Positions 37,401 to 63,440 of a stretch of DNA of 64,000 nt are shown here, in pieces (position 1 is the stretch's first letter; each line of letters starts with the position of its first letter). A program made the translations under genes and the position numbers. This DNA is from Octopus sinensis (taxonomy: Eukaryota), in the NCBI RefSeq assembly GCF_006345805.1, contig NC_042998.1, forward strand, positions 189,224,001-189,288,000. Reading direction: 5' to 3'. The notes beneath the pieces were generated by a model. The model saw only the letters and a list, made by a program, of their open reading frames with translations, made no database searches and had not been told where the DNA came from.

Positions 37401-40400
37401 AAGAACTAAAGGGTTGTAGGTTTCTAAACATTACTATATAGAGTTTAAGTATGAACTGTGGTTAGAAATTATAAGTGGCCAGAAATAAATCTGTCATTTG
37501 CATTATGTAGAGACCTCTGGTTAATAGGCACTTGGTCCTCCAGACCTCTGCTAGGTCAACAAACATCTTGATATCAAACCTGGTGAGGATCATGAGAAAC
37601 ATATGTGCCCTTCCAGTGAGCAGAGACAACTTATACAAGATTCTATCCACTGCATGTAATTCTCATGATACGACCAATGAAACTAGATAAGAGTATATAA
37701 AAGAGCCAAAAAAAGTTTGAAACTATTATCTGCAATGACACTAATATCATATGCCCCATATACTGTTGCAAATTCTGAAACAGACTTGAAAGAGAAAGAG
37801 AAAATTTGAACGAGAAAAACTCCTGGTTTGACAAAAACAAATTCCAGAGTTTGATATTCAACAAGGCTACATACAACTAGAGGTGAACTAGGTTGCAAAT
37901 TTAGAAAAGCATTACTTGACACAAAACTCAGCATCAAAGTAGTAGACGAACCAAGCAGAGCCATCAACTCACTACCATGAAAACCACACCCATCTGAGAA
38001 AACACCTAGTATGGAAAACAACTAACCCAAGAATAAACTGCAAAACTAAAAATATTGTATACCTTATGAGATGCATAGGGAGACAATGAAAAGACATCGC
38101 ACAACCTATATAGGAGAGACATGCGCAGTTAACATAAGATTGCAGAACACTAGTGAGAGTACAATAAAAAGAAACAAACATTTATACTCTATTAGCCTAC
38201 CATACAGAAACTCAATGGCTCATTAAAAATGTTGAAGTATAAATTCTTTAGCTTGCTTACCAACCATATAGTTCCCGGGTTCAGTCCCACTGCGTGGCAT
38301 CTTGGGCAAGTGTCTTCTGCTATAGCCTCGGGCCAACCAAAGCCTTGTGAGTGGATTTGGTAGACGGAAACTGAAAGAAGCCTGTCGTATATATGTATAT
38401 ATATATATATGTGTGTATATGTTTGTGTGTCTGTGTTTGTCCCCCCTAGCATTGCTTGACAACTGATGCTGGTATGTTTACGTCCCCGTCACTTAGCGGT
38501 TCGGAAAAAGAAACCAATAGAATAAGTACTGGGCTTACAAAGAATAAGTCCCAGAGTCGATTTGCTCGACTAAAGGCGGTGCTCCAGTATGGCTGCAGTC
38601 AAATGACTGAAACAAGTAAAAGAGTAAAAGAGTATCCAAAAGACTAAACCTTATGACAGATTTTGACTCAGTCCATTTCTTGGATAATCCTCACTTCTAT
38701 TCAATCAACTCATGCCAGCATGGAGAACTGACATTAAATGATGAATGGAGCTTGTCTGGTGTCAATCCATATCACAAAACACTATCAACTATTTTCATTC
38801 AATAGAAAGTGGTATAATTTTTTTTTTTACAGGCTTTGACCTGTTTGGTCACCATATAAGCAAATTAGCTGATGTAACAGTGTTGCTGCTGTCAATACAT
38901 AAACATTGTTTATATTCAAAACAAACTTTATATTAAATATGTAGGTCAGAAAATAGTTTCCCTTTTATTTATAAACAATTCACAACACAACTCATTTTGG
39001 TTCCCACTTTACTCCTTTACTAACACAAAAAGTACTTGCCATCCTTAACAAAGATGACTTCGCTTTCCACACAGCCAGCATTGATAAAATATCAATACAG
39101 TTGATCTAATTGACTATATTCCCCCAACTCACTAATAAAAATATTGTTACAGTTACAACTTATGACCTTGCACATGTATGAGAGAGAGTAATAGAAACTG
39201 CTTTTGTTTTGTTACTGAAATCCACCAGAAACAGTTATCTGTTTTCCATTATTCAAACAATGTATGGGTATTTGACCTGCTAGAAATAGCTGCCAGACCT
39301 CCAACAGATCACATTCTACCAACTTATTGGAAAATATTGAGATACACTAGCCTAAAAACAAAACTGGATTGTCACTACTGGAATGCCTTTGATTACAGGT
39401 CTATTCAATCAGGGATAACTTGAGGGGTTAAACAACAGTACATATTTATATATAACACTGAAAAAATTAAATGAGCACACAGCAAGAAATAAATAACTAG
39501 CCACCCAATCAATTCGCTGCAAAACATTTGTTTCTTTCTTTTCCAGATTGCCAAATTAAGCAACATTATATTTGCTACAAAAAATAAAGACTTCCAAGTA
39601 CTAGCAGGGTCTGCAAGTTTTTTGTATCCAGCATTGATGGCAGGTATGTATTGAGAGTTACATACAGATTCAATGCGGGATTTGTTGATGATCTGACCAA
39701 TTAAACATCTATTTTTTCTCTTTTTAAAGGTTGTGTAGGAGGAGTTTGTGCTTTGGCCAATGTCTTAGGAAAAGATGTTTGTAATCTGCAGTCACTGTTT
39801 GAAAAAGGGTTACACAGCTCTGCCATAGACCTACAACTGAGATTGGTGGCGCCAAATCAAGCGGTTAGTCTCTTGCCTTAGATTCCTTCTTCTCTGTATA
39901 TTATTTTTTGTTGTTGAAAGATAACATTTAGAATTTATGATGTTTGTTACCTCACTCGAATGTTTTTTCACGTGCTACCAGCACAAGTGCTAGTAAGGCG
40001 ATGCAGGTAACGATCACACTCGAATGGTATTTTTAACATGCCATCAGCTCGGAGGCCAGCTTGTTGCTCTGGCAACGATCTCACTCGTATGGTTCTCTTA
40101 GCGCTCCACTAGCACGGATGCCAGTATTTTGTGGTATGGTCACCACAAATAGTGACAGGAGGGATGGACTAATTTAGTCAATTTATTAATTGAAAGACAA
40201 AGTTGCCTCTGGATGAGATTTACAGCATCGTTATAGAAAAAGTGGCAGATGATAGAAGCAGAAGAGAATTAATTAAATTACCTTGCAGTAATATGTCTCC
40301 TTTACATTTTAAGTACCAATTCCATTGAGGTTATCTTCATTTACATTCTTCAAGAGTTCAAATAATTACCAGATGATTGCATGATTGGCATCACCCATAA

Positions 40401-41201
40401 AATTATTAACCATCTTACAAACAATAACTCTGAGCACCTTTTCAAATTCCACCTGTGTAACATCCGTGGACATGTTTACAAAGTCAGAAAACAGCACAGC
40501 TCCCATGACTTTCAGAAACATTTTTTCACGTTAAGAGTTGCTGAAGTATGGAACAAACTGCCAGCATCAGTTGTTAGTTGTTGGAGCACTGCATCCTTCA
40601 AAACTTCCATGCCTCCTGAGATTCACCAACACTACACCTGATTTTCTCCCCTCCATACACACGCAAGCATGTATCTGACTCATACACTGTTCCCTTCCCA
40701 GACATTTGTACATTACTGCATATGCTTTATACGCACTTTTGACAAGTTGTGGTGCACCTGGGCACTGTATACAATAATTTCATTATTATTATTATAACTC
40801 TACTTTCCCAACCACATGGTTCTAGGTTTGATTGACTGCTCATTACCTTAGGCAGGTGTCTTCTAACATAATTCCAGGTTGACTGATGTCTTGAGTGGCA
40901 TTTGGTAGATGGAAACTATGCAGAAACCTATCATGAGTGGGGGTGGGCATGAAGCTGTAGAATACTACCTCAGCAACATGGAAAAACCAGAAGTAAAATG
41001 ATAAATAGCAATCTTAAATATTTTTTAAAATATATATTATATTTTCAGGTTACAGCCAAATATGGTATACCAGGCCTGAAAGTTGCTATGGAGTGGTTTG
41101 GTTTCTATGGTGGCCATCCACGATCACCTCTTCAACCTCTCACAGAAGAGCAAGCATTGAAAATGAAAGAAGATTTTACCACTAGGAATTTTATGCAATA
41201 A
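25074..41201 (+). CDS. HOGA1: 4-hydroxy-2-oxoglutarate aldolase, mitochondrial (DHDPS-like); join(25074-25302,27895-28026,32949-33076,37172-37306,39547-39643,39730-39863,41049-41201), 335 aa
   Basis: [41 protein letters not shown] (catalytic Tyr), [12 protein letters not shown] (Schiff-base Lys), [28 protein letters not shown]. All introns GT-AG with consistent phase; 1008 nt; basic N-terminal targeting-like peptide. Confidence 0.97.
27895..28026 (+). CDS. HOGA1: HOGA1 exon 2
   Basis: atag|..[13 protein letters not shown]...GTGCE|gtaagc. Confidence 0.95.
30252..30641 (+). mobile_element. Helentron/DINE-like non-autonomous element
   Basis: ACTAGCAGTATTGCCCGGCATTGCTTGGG ... CAGCTTTATATAGAGAGAGAT. 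Confidence 0.55.
32443..32926. mobile_element. Tc1/mariner/pogo-type MITE with TA TSD
   Basis: TA|CCATAAATCCTCGAGTATAATCCGC ... GCGGACTATACTCGAGGATTTACAG|TA (22/25 match). Confidence 0.8.
32949..33076 (+). CDS. HOGA1: HOGA1 exon 3
   Basis: tttcag|..TQATIKF...[22 protein letters not shown]|gtaagg. Confidence 0.95.
34686..34917 (+). mobile_element. Full-length tRNA-derived SINE with 19-bp TSD; central domain resembles the Meta/Sauria-SINE domain (from memory)
   Basis: Head ggtggcgagctggcagaaacgttagc..gttcaaattc, core gcctttcatcctttcggggtcgataaattaagtacc. TSD atagacataaaaattaaag at 34667-34685 and 34918-34936. Confidence 0.9.
35176..35770 (+). mobile_element. CR1-clade LINE 3' fragment (ORF2 C-terminus, 3'UTR, (ATT)n tail)
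   Basis: [35 protein letters not shown]...[10 protein letters not shown]...[13 protein letters not shown]. Other copies: 17381-17790, 27490-27730, 33367-33700, 40392-40795 (+) and 23050-23230 (-). Confidence 0.9.
37172..37306 (+). CDS. HOGA1: HOGA1 exon 4
   Basis: tacag|[18 protein letters not shown]...LKDSGGN|gtaagt. Confidence 0.95.
39547..39643 (+). CDS. HOGA1: HOGA1 exon 5
   Basis: ttccag|[32 protein letters not shown]|gtatgt. Confidence 0.95.
39730..39863 (+). CDS. HOGA1: HOGA1 exon 6
   Basis: taaag|..[13 protein letters not shown]...LRLVAPNQA|gttagt; preceded by an 86-bp intron. Confidence 0.95.
40392..40795 (+). mobile_element. CR1-clade LINE 3' fragment
   Basis: Near-identical to 35370-35770; ATT tail. 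Confidence 0.88.
41049..41201 (+). CDS. HOGA1: HOGA1 exon 7 (last)
   Basis: ttcag|[31 protein letters not shown]...NFMQ TAA. Confidence 0.95.
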   Translation, partial: VTAKYGIPGLKVAMEWFGFYGGHPRSPLQPLTEEQALKMKEDFTTRNFMQ

Positions 41202-41699
41202 AAAATATATTTTATTGGTTCTTGATACGGAATTCAACTTCTGGTACAGTTGTCAAAACGTCTTGCAAAAAAAGGAAAAATATATTTACAGGAAAATATT
41301 TTTCTCCAGCTTGAAAATTTAACAAAAAAAATTTTTAGTCATATAATAATATATAATTATATAAATCAAATTTTTCATTGAGAACTTAATCCCTCCCCAA
41401 AACAGAAAATTATTGTGGATAAACAAAATTCTTTTTATAATTTTATGATTTAAAATTCTTTGATTGCAATATTTTAAGTTTAAATTCTGTTACATAAAAG
41501 TTTTCACCAAGGTTCACAGCTTGTCAGAAAATAAGTTCTGATGAATAACATATTTATTGGTATTAAAGTGACAAACAAAACACTTTGTTAACCCAAGGCT
41601 ATTGTAGAAGACATTTGCCCAAGGTGTCATACAGTAGGACTGAACCTGAAATCATGTGATTGGGAAGCAAACTATTACAGTCACACTTGTGCCTGTTGT

Positions 41700-41940
41700 A
41701 TGACTTGACTTTGACTTGAGACAGCATTCACCCAGGGTGGGTTGAGCTGGCTTCATTCATCCTCAATGCTGCATCTCTCACAAATGCTGACCAGACCTGG
41801 CGATTTGAGGCTAACAACCACGTGATCTCCAACCACTCCTTATTCCAGCGGCAAACGCTGTAGATATGGTCTTCAACAATTCAGTGCGACACCAGTGCAG
41901 AATCACCTCCCTCCGACAAGTGCCTGTTATATGCATGTTC
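41700..41940 (-). mobile_element. 3' end of a second RTE-like family with CAAGT-type tail
   Basis: LASNRQVWSAFVRDAALRMNEASSTHPG* followed by tctcaagtcaaagtcaagtc. Confidence 0.6.
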
Positions 41941-41951
41941 ATAAACCAAAT

Positions 41952-42023
41952 GGGTATGAGATTTAGTGGTTAGGACTCTTGGTTTTCACCCAGGTGGTCC
42001 AGGTTTGATTCCTGACATGGGAA
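41952..42023 (+). pseudogene. tRNA-Glu(TTC) pseudogene
   Basis: TAGTGGTTAGGACTCTTGGTTTTCACCCAGGTGGTCCAGGTTTGATTCCTGACATGGGAA resembles eukaryotic tRNA-Glu(TTC); 5' acceptor strand lost and B box mutated. Confidence 0.7.
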
Positions 42024-42280
42024 TGTTACTTGTTTTGTGAAGTTGCATAGCCAAGTGGTTAGGGTGCTGGACTCATTGTCATAGGGTCAATACCTAGGCC
42101 AGGCAGCACATAGTACCAGGCAAGGGCTACTGCAGCCCTTTTTCACACTAACAGTCACATCCTCTATGTTCTTTGGGGTCAAATATGGGAGAGCCAAGCG
42201 GATGTCGGTCTGTTTATGACTACACAGGTATTTAAACAATTAGTGAAAGCATGGCTGCCAGATCATACCTTGACTATGTA

Positions 42281-44395
42281 TCATCATCATCATCGTTTAA
42301 CGTCTGTTTTCCATACTAACAACCGGGGTCTGGGAAGCCAGGAAACTGCACCAGGCTCCAGACCGTTCTGGCAGTGTTTCTACAGCTGGATGCCCTTCCT
42401 AACGCCAACCACTCCATAAGTGTAGTGGGTGCTTTTACGTGCCACTGGCACGAGGGCCAGTCAGGCAGTACTGGCAACGACCACGCTCAAATGATGCTTT
42501 TTATGTGCCACCTGTACGGGAGCCAGTCGAGCGGAACTAGCAATGACCTCACTCGAATGTTTTTTCACGTGCCACCAAAACAAGTGCTAGTAGGTGACGC
42601 GGGTAACGATCACGCTCGAATGGTGTTTTTAACGTGCCATCAGCTCGGAGGCCAGCTTGTTGCTCTGGCCTCAATCTCACTTGTATGGTTCTCTTAGCGC
42701 TCCACTAGCACGGATGCCAGTGATCAAATTTGATTTTGATTTCACTTGCCTCAACAAGTTTCCGCAAGCAGAGTTTAGTGTCCATTGAAGGAAAGGCACA
42801 CATAAGTGGATTCGTTACACCTCTGGCGTAGTCCACAAGGTTATGCACTTGCTGAGTCTTCTCAAGCACAGCATATTTCCAGAGGTCACAGTCACTAGTC
42901 ATTGCCTAGGTGAGGCCCAGTGTTAGAAGGTCATGCTTCACCACCTCATCCTGGATCTACCTCTTCCACAGGTTCCCTCAACTGCTAGGGTGTGGCACTT
43001 TCTCACACAGCTATCCACATCCATTCTCACCACATGACCATACCAGCGCAGTTGTCTCTCTTGCACACATCTGATGCTTCTTAGGTCCAACCTTTCTCTT
43101 AAGGCACTAACTCTCTGTCAAGTATGCACATTGACATTACACATCCATCGGAGCATGCTGGCTCCATTCCTTGCGAGCTTATGCATGTCCTCAGCAGTCA
43201 TGGCCCATGTTTCACTGCCATGTAGCATGGCTGTTCATACACATGCGTTGTACAGTCTACCTTTTACTTTGAGCGAGAGGCCCTTTGTCACCAGCAGCGG
43301 TAAGAGCTCTCTGAACTTTGCCCAGGCTGTTCTTATTCTAGCAGCTACACTTTCAGCGCACCCTCCCCTGCTACTGACTTGGTCACCTAGGTAACGGAAG
43401 CTATCAACTACTTTTAGTTTTTCTCCCTGGAATGTGGTGGAAGTTGTTCTCTGCACATTTTCAGTGTTATTTATAGTTCCCGTGCATCTGCCAATACAAA
43501 AACTATCCTCCCAGTTAGCCTTCCTTTGATATTGCTGCACCTCTTATGTGTCCATAGCTTACACTGGGTACATCTTGTAGAGTTTCTACCTATGCCTTTT
43601 CTACAGATTGAGCAGGACCATCTACCTGAAGGGATTTGTGGTTTGCCTGCCTTCCTACTTATTAGGATTTTGGTTTTAGCTAGGTTGACTCTAAAGCCCT
43701 TCGATTCTAATCCTTGTTTCCATACTTGAAACTTCTCTAGTTCTGATAGTGACTCAGCAATTAGAGCAAGGTCATCAGCACAGAGGAGATCCCAGGGGCA
43801 TCCTATCTTGAATTCCTTTGTTATTGCCTGGAGGACTATGATAAATAGGAGGGGGCTGAGGACTGAACCCTGGTGGACCCCAACCTCTACCTTGAATTCT
43901 TCAGTGTATTCGTTGCCAACCCTTACCTTACTTACAGCATCCCTGTACATGGCTTGCGCAGCTCTCAATAACCATTCATCTATCCCTAGTTTCCTCATTG
44001 ACCACCAGATAAGGGATCGGAGGACCCTGTCAAAGGCTTTCTCCCTGCCAACAAAAGCCAGGTACAGGGGCTTATCTTTGGCTAGGTGTTTCTCCTGCAG
44101 CTGTCTTACCAGAAATATAGCATCAGTGGTGCTTTTCCGTGGCACAAAACCAAACTGCATCTCATCTAAACTGACCCTCTCCGTGATCTTCATTACCTGA
44201 TCCAACAGCTTGATATCTCTGTAATTATTTGTATCTAAAGCGTCACCTTTACCTTTGTAGCAGTTGACTATTATGCTGCTACACCAGTCATTGGGTATGA
44301 CTCCTTCATGTATCACCTAGTTAACTATATAGGTGACCAGACTATAGCCGACACTGCCAGATATTTTGAGCATCTCTGCAGTAATTCCTGATGGG
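42281..44395 (-). mobile_element. 5'-truncated RTE-clade LINE: RT ORF with stops/frameshifts, 3'UTR with ~60-bp tandem units and (GAT)n tail
   Basis: QFGFVPRKSTTDAIF, KAFDRV, GVHQGSVLSPLLF, LCADDL, FRYLG, RLRWYGHV-like and GR-RMRW motifs; continues without break into the common 3'UTR repeat ending GTTAAACGATGATGATG. Confidence 0.92.
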
Positions 44396-44412
44396 CAATT
44401 TCCATTATTTAT

Positions 44413-44445
<33 letters not shown>

Positions 44446-45716
44446 ATTTCCATACATATATATGTATATATAGTCAAGGCTTCATCTTCATCCACCTTGA
44501 TAGCCTCTCCAATACACCTATCATGTCTCGAGAGTTCATTCCTCTTTGCTCATTCTTTCCTCTTCTCACTGTACTATGCTACCCGGGTGGCTAAGGATAA
44601 CACGGGATCTCTTGTTTAATGTAGTCTTCCAGTGTAACTAGAGGTGCTATGGTACCTAGCTGACTCTCCTCTCTCCATCCGTCCCTCTCACAAATCTTGA
44701 AGCATATACATAAAGGACTTCAAAACTGCATGTACTCCATACACCTTGACTGTTTGGTATCAACATTCAACATTCACTCTCTCATATATGACATGCTAGC
44801 ATAGAACAAGGACATTAGCTGATGACCTCTAAAAATATTAAATAATGGTAATAAGTGAATAAAGAAAAAAAACAATAAAAGTTGTACAATAATTTTATTG
44901 AAGGGAAGCAGCAAGCAAATCTAGAAATTGAAGCTGCCACTATAGAATAGTTTCTTTCTCAGTATAGTTTCTCTTTTTATCTTTTTTTTCTTCATTTTTT
45001 AAAAAATCAAAACATCCACTCTAAACACTTCCAAATCAGTTTGAAAGCCATTTTTACTATGAAAGGTTTAGAGCTTGACACAAGTGATAGAATTTTCTTT
45101 GGATCCTAGAGAAAGCTTCCATTTTAAATCTTAAAACTAGTTGTACTTATCTTACATGTAACTATGTTCCAGGGAAAATGTTTAAATCAGTCTGATTATA
45201 AAATGACCAATTATTATTGTTATATAGATTTTTTTTTCTCAATTTCAAGAGTTTTTATCATGTGTAATGTCATTATGCAACATCTTGAAATGCAGTTATG
45301 GTTGGTGTTGGTGCCATTCTTGATAAGCTGGTAATTAGAAATAGTGTTAGGATTGATAGCACCAAGACTTGGTGTTGCAACAAGCTGCTCAGCAACTTGC
45401 CATGGCCGTTGAAAAGATATTGCAAGCTATTAAAAAGCTTGTCTCTAAACATCAACACAAAGTCTATAGTATCAGCCCTTCTACACATTTACAGTTCTTT
45501 GAGTGTGTTGTAAGAAAATTTAAAGTGTGATGAGACAAAAGTGAATTAGCAAACATTGCTTCGCCCAATAACAAGAGATGTTTTACAAAGTGGCCAAGCT
45601 ACCCAACATAGTAATCAATTTGAACCAATCCATTTTCTTTATGAATTAATTAGTATTGTTCAGCCAATCACAGCACAAAACAATGGATATTCAGCCAATC
45701 ACAGCTAAGTTGATAT

Positions 45717-60924
<15,208 letters not shown>

Positions 60925-61250
60925 CTATAAAAGAAAGTGTATTGAGCTTAAATTTCAAAATATACCAAACAAATAATTCACTTATATCCCCATACTTTTA
61001 TTTATAAAGACTGCGTAAAGTTACCAGCCTAAAGAACTTACATTTTAATTATTTGAGGAAAAAAAGTAGCAAAAGCGATTTTTTAAAAACTTTCTGAACA
61101 GGAGTCTAATTTACTATAAGGAAAGACAAATGACACTAAATCAAAGAAACGTAGAGCAATAAACAAAGTTTCCAATCATCGTGGAAAACCATGATTTAGA
61201 TTAGCGTTTAATTATAAGTTCCGTATTAATTACTTCATTTCATGAATTAA

Positions 61251-62284
61251 CCCTTTCGTTACTATATTTCTGACCAAAATACACCCCTCATGAGTTTCAA
61301 TTAAATTCTAAAATAATCATGAATCTAGGCTTGTTTCATTAAATAACTGTAACTTTTTTACTTATCAACATATTAATGTGATATTTGGAACATAATTAAA
61401 GAAAGGGTTCTTAATCAATTCTATTGCATAACTTTTGTCTCAAAGTGACTTTAATTACAGGTAAATCCAGGTAAATTGAGCAAAAGGTAAAATTATTAAA
61501 ATTTTGGTTAAACATCACCATAGAAAATGAATCATTAGCTAATATTCAAATGGGTATGCAACAAAATTTTGATAAAGAAGAATTGTGCACATCACTATAT
61601 CATCAGTTGAATTTAATGCACAACAGGTGTACCATAAAGGTGGAATAAAGTGAAATACTGGAATCCACCGTAAGTTTGACCGAACTAAAGAAATCGGTCA
61701 AAAAATAATATACGGCCCTGGTTATGGTATGGAAGTGATAAATTCCAGACCACATCGTTCCCTAGGCCATGCTGACTAACATTATTTTCCCTGTATAAAA
61801 ACTAAATCCACGCAGTACCCAGTATTTGCTTCACAAATTTTCCGAAATTTGAACCTCCATTTTGTGTTTGTTTACATTCTGTGTAAGTTTGTTTCCGCAT
61901 TGATCGCTTCAAACAATAACTTCCAAACCACATCATACCCTAAGCCATGCTGACTAACATTAGTTTCCCTGTATAAAAACTAAATCCACAACAGTACCCA
62001 GTATTTGTTTCACAAATTTTCCAATTTGGAATCAATGCTTGATAACATGAAACTCCTATCCATTTTCAAAGTTGAAGAAAAATCGATGCCGAAAAAAATG
62101 TGGAGAAAAATCTCCCAAAATTCAGGGAATTAAAATTACACGTCGATTTTACATGCATAATCACGTGTTTACGAAGCATAATCACGTGTTTTCACGAATG
62201 TACTAAAGAGATTTGCTCTGATATTCTCATTTAAATATGAATAGGTAAATTCGGGTGGCTTTGGGCGGTTTGGTAACGAAAGGG
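61251..62284. mobile_element. piggyBac-like non-autonomous element, 1034 bp, with ~100-bp internal duplication
   Basis: TTAA|CCCTTTCGTTAC ... GTAACGAAAGGG|TTAA; internal direct repeat 61743-61842 / 61923-62022. Confidence 0.8.
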
Positions 62285-62919
62285 TTAAGTCATAATTCAG
62301 CTTATGCTTTCAATCATTCATTTGTTTTATGCCTGTTTATCCAAGCTGTCGCAGATTGGACAAAGATTTGAGACAGAATTTCAGAGCCAGCTGTCCTTTC
62401 TCATCAAAGCTCACTTGTTGTTCAAGTAAGAAATTTTTCTTTATTCCACTGGTTCTTGAAAAACCAAAGTGATATGACACATTATCCACCGAGTATGTAA
62501 ACATGGCATAATTTTTTGCTCAAGTGGTGACTTATGAAGAAGCAGTGACAACGAAGCAGATACACATTCAAGTGCACATATAACACGCAATACATTACTA
62601 TATAGTTTCTATTTAACAATTCTACTCACAGGGCATTAGTCAGACTAAGGCTGTAGCTGAAGACACGTACCCAAGGGATCTCAGTGAGGCAGAACATATA
62701 ACCATATGATAACAAAGCAATTTCTATATCTACATAGTCATGCCTGGCACATAAAAGCACCCATTACACTCTCAGAGTGGTTGGCATTAGGAAGGGCATC
62801 CAGCCATAGAAAACTATGCCAAATCAGACTAGAGTTTGGTGCAGCCTTCCAGGTAACCAGCCCTGGTCAAACCATCCTACCCATGCCAGTATGGCCAATG
62901 GAGGTTAAATGAAATTGAT

Positions 62920-62968
<49 letters not shown>

Positions 62969-62976
<8 letters not shown>

Positions 62977-63240
62977 TAAATGAAAAGAATGGAGTCGAAC
63001 GAAAATTTTAACCAAATTCCTTTACTTTCGACATATGTTTTGAAGACTGCATACTCTTAATTCTGAAGGAATGAAGGTTGCATTATGCCGTCTTCTCATC
63101 AGGAAATACAAGGAACCTCTGTCAGCCTCAAGACGGACAAAAGCTTCTTAATAACTGCCTACATGATGGAAATCATATCGAAAGTAAAGGAATTTGGTTA
63201 AAATTTTCGTTCGACTCCATTCTTTTCATTTATTCATATA
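62969..63240 (-). mobile_element. Penelope-like remnant with perfect 63-bp inverted ends and internal hammerhead
   Basis: 62969-63031 is the exact reverse complement of 63178-63240; left arm abuts a (TA)n tract. Confidence 0.6.
63019..63113 (-). ncRNA. Type I hammerhead ribozyme, degenerate (G12A)
   Basis: TTTC-CTGATGA-GAAGACGGCATA..30 nt..TATGCAGTCTTC-AAAA-CATATG-TC-GAAA; stem II 11/12 bp, GUC triplet. Confidence 0.6.
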
Positions 63241-63382
63241 AAGAAACACACAAATTTCCACACACAAACACGAAGTTCTGACCTTGGCATGTAACTTCAA
63301 CCGTGTTTTACTGACGTGAATTTGCTACTCAGGTATCGATTAACCGAATTATCCATACTAGGATAATTCATTCACCTACTTA

Positions 63383-63387
63383 ATATT

Positions 63388-63439
<52 letters not shown>

Positions 63440-63440
63440 A
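63383..63440. repeat. (TA)n/(CA)n microsatellite
   Basis: Direct reading; similar tracts at 8710-8748, 14241-14265, 34395-34425 (CT) and 62920-62970. Confidence 0.9.

Noticed and set aside
15165-41201. GFER and HOGA1 as a functional mitochondrial gene cluster
   Set aside because: Different pathways and compartments, and no shared regulatory element seen; adjacency alone is not evidence.
41952-42023. Functional tRNA-Glu gene
   Set aside because: The acceptor stem cannot pair and the T-loop reads GTTTGA instead of GTTCGA.
45273-45488. ORF downstream of FAM193A as an alternative last exon
   Set aside because: No recognisable similarity; the conserved C-terminus is already complete at 45717.
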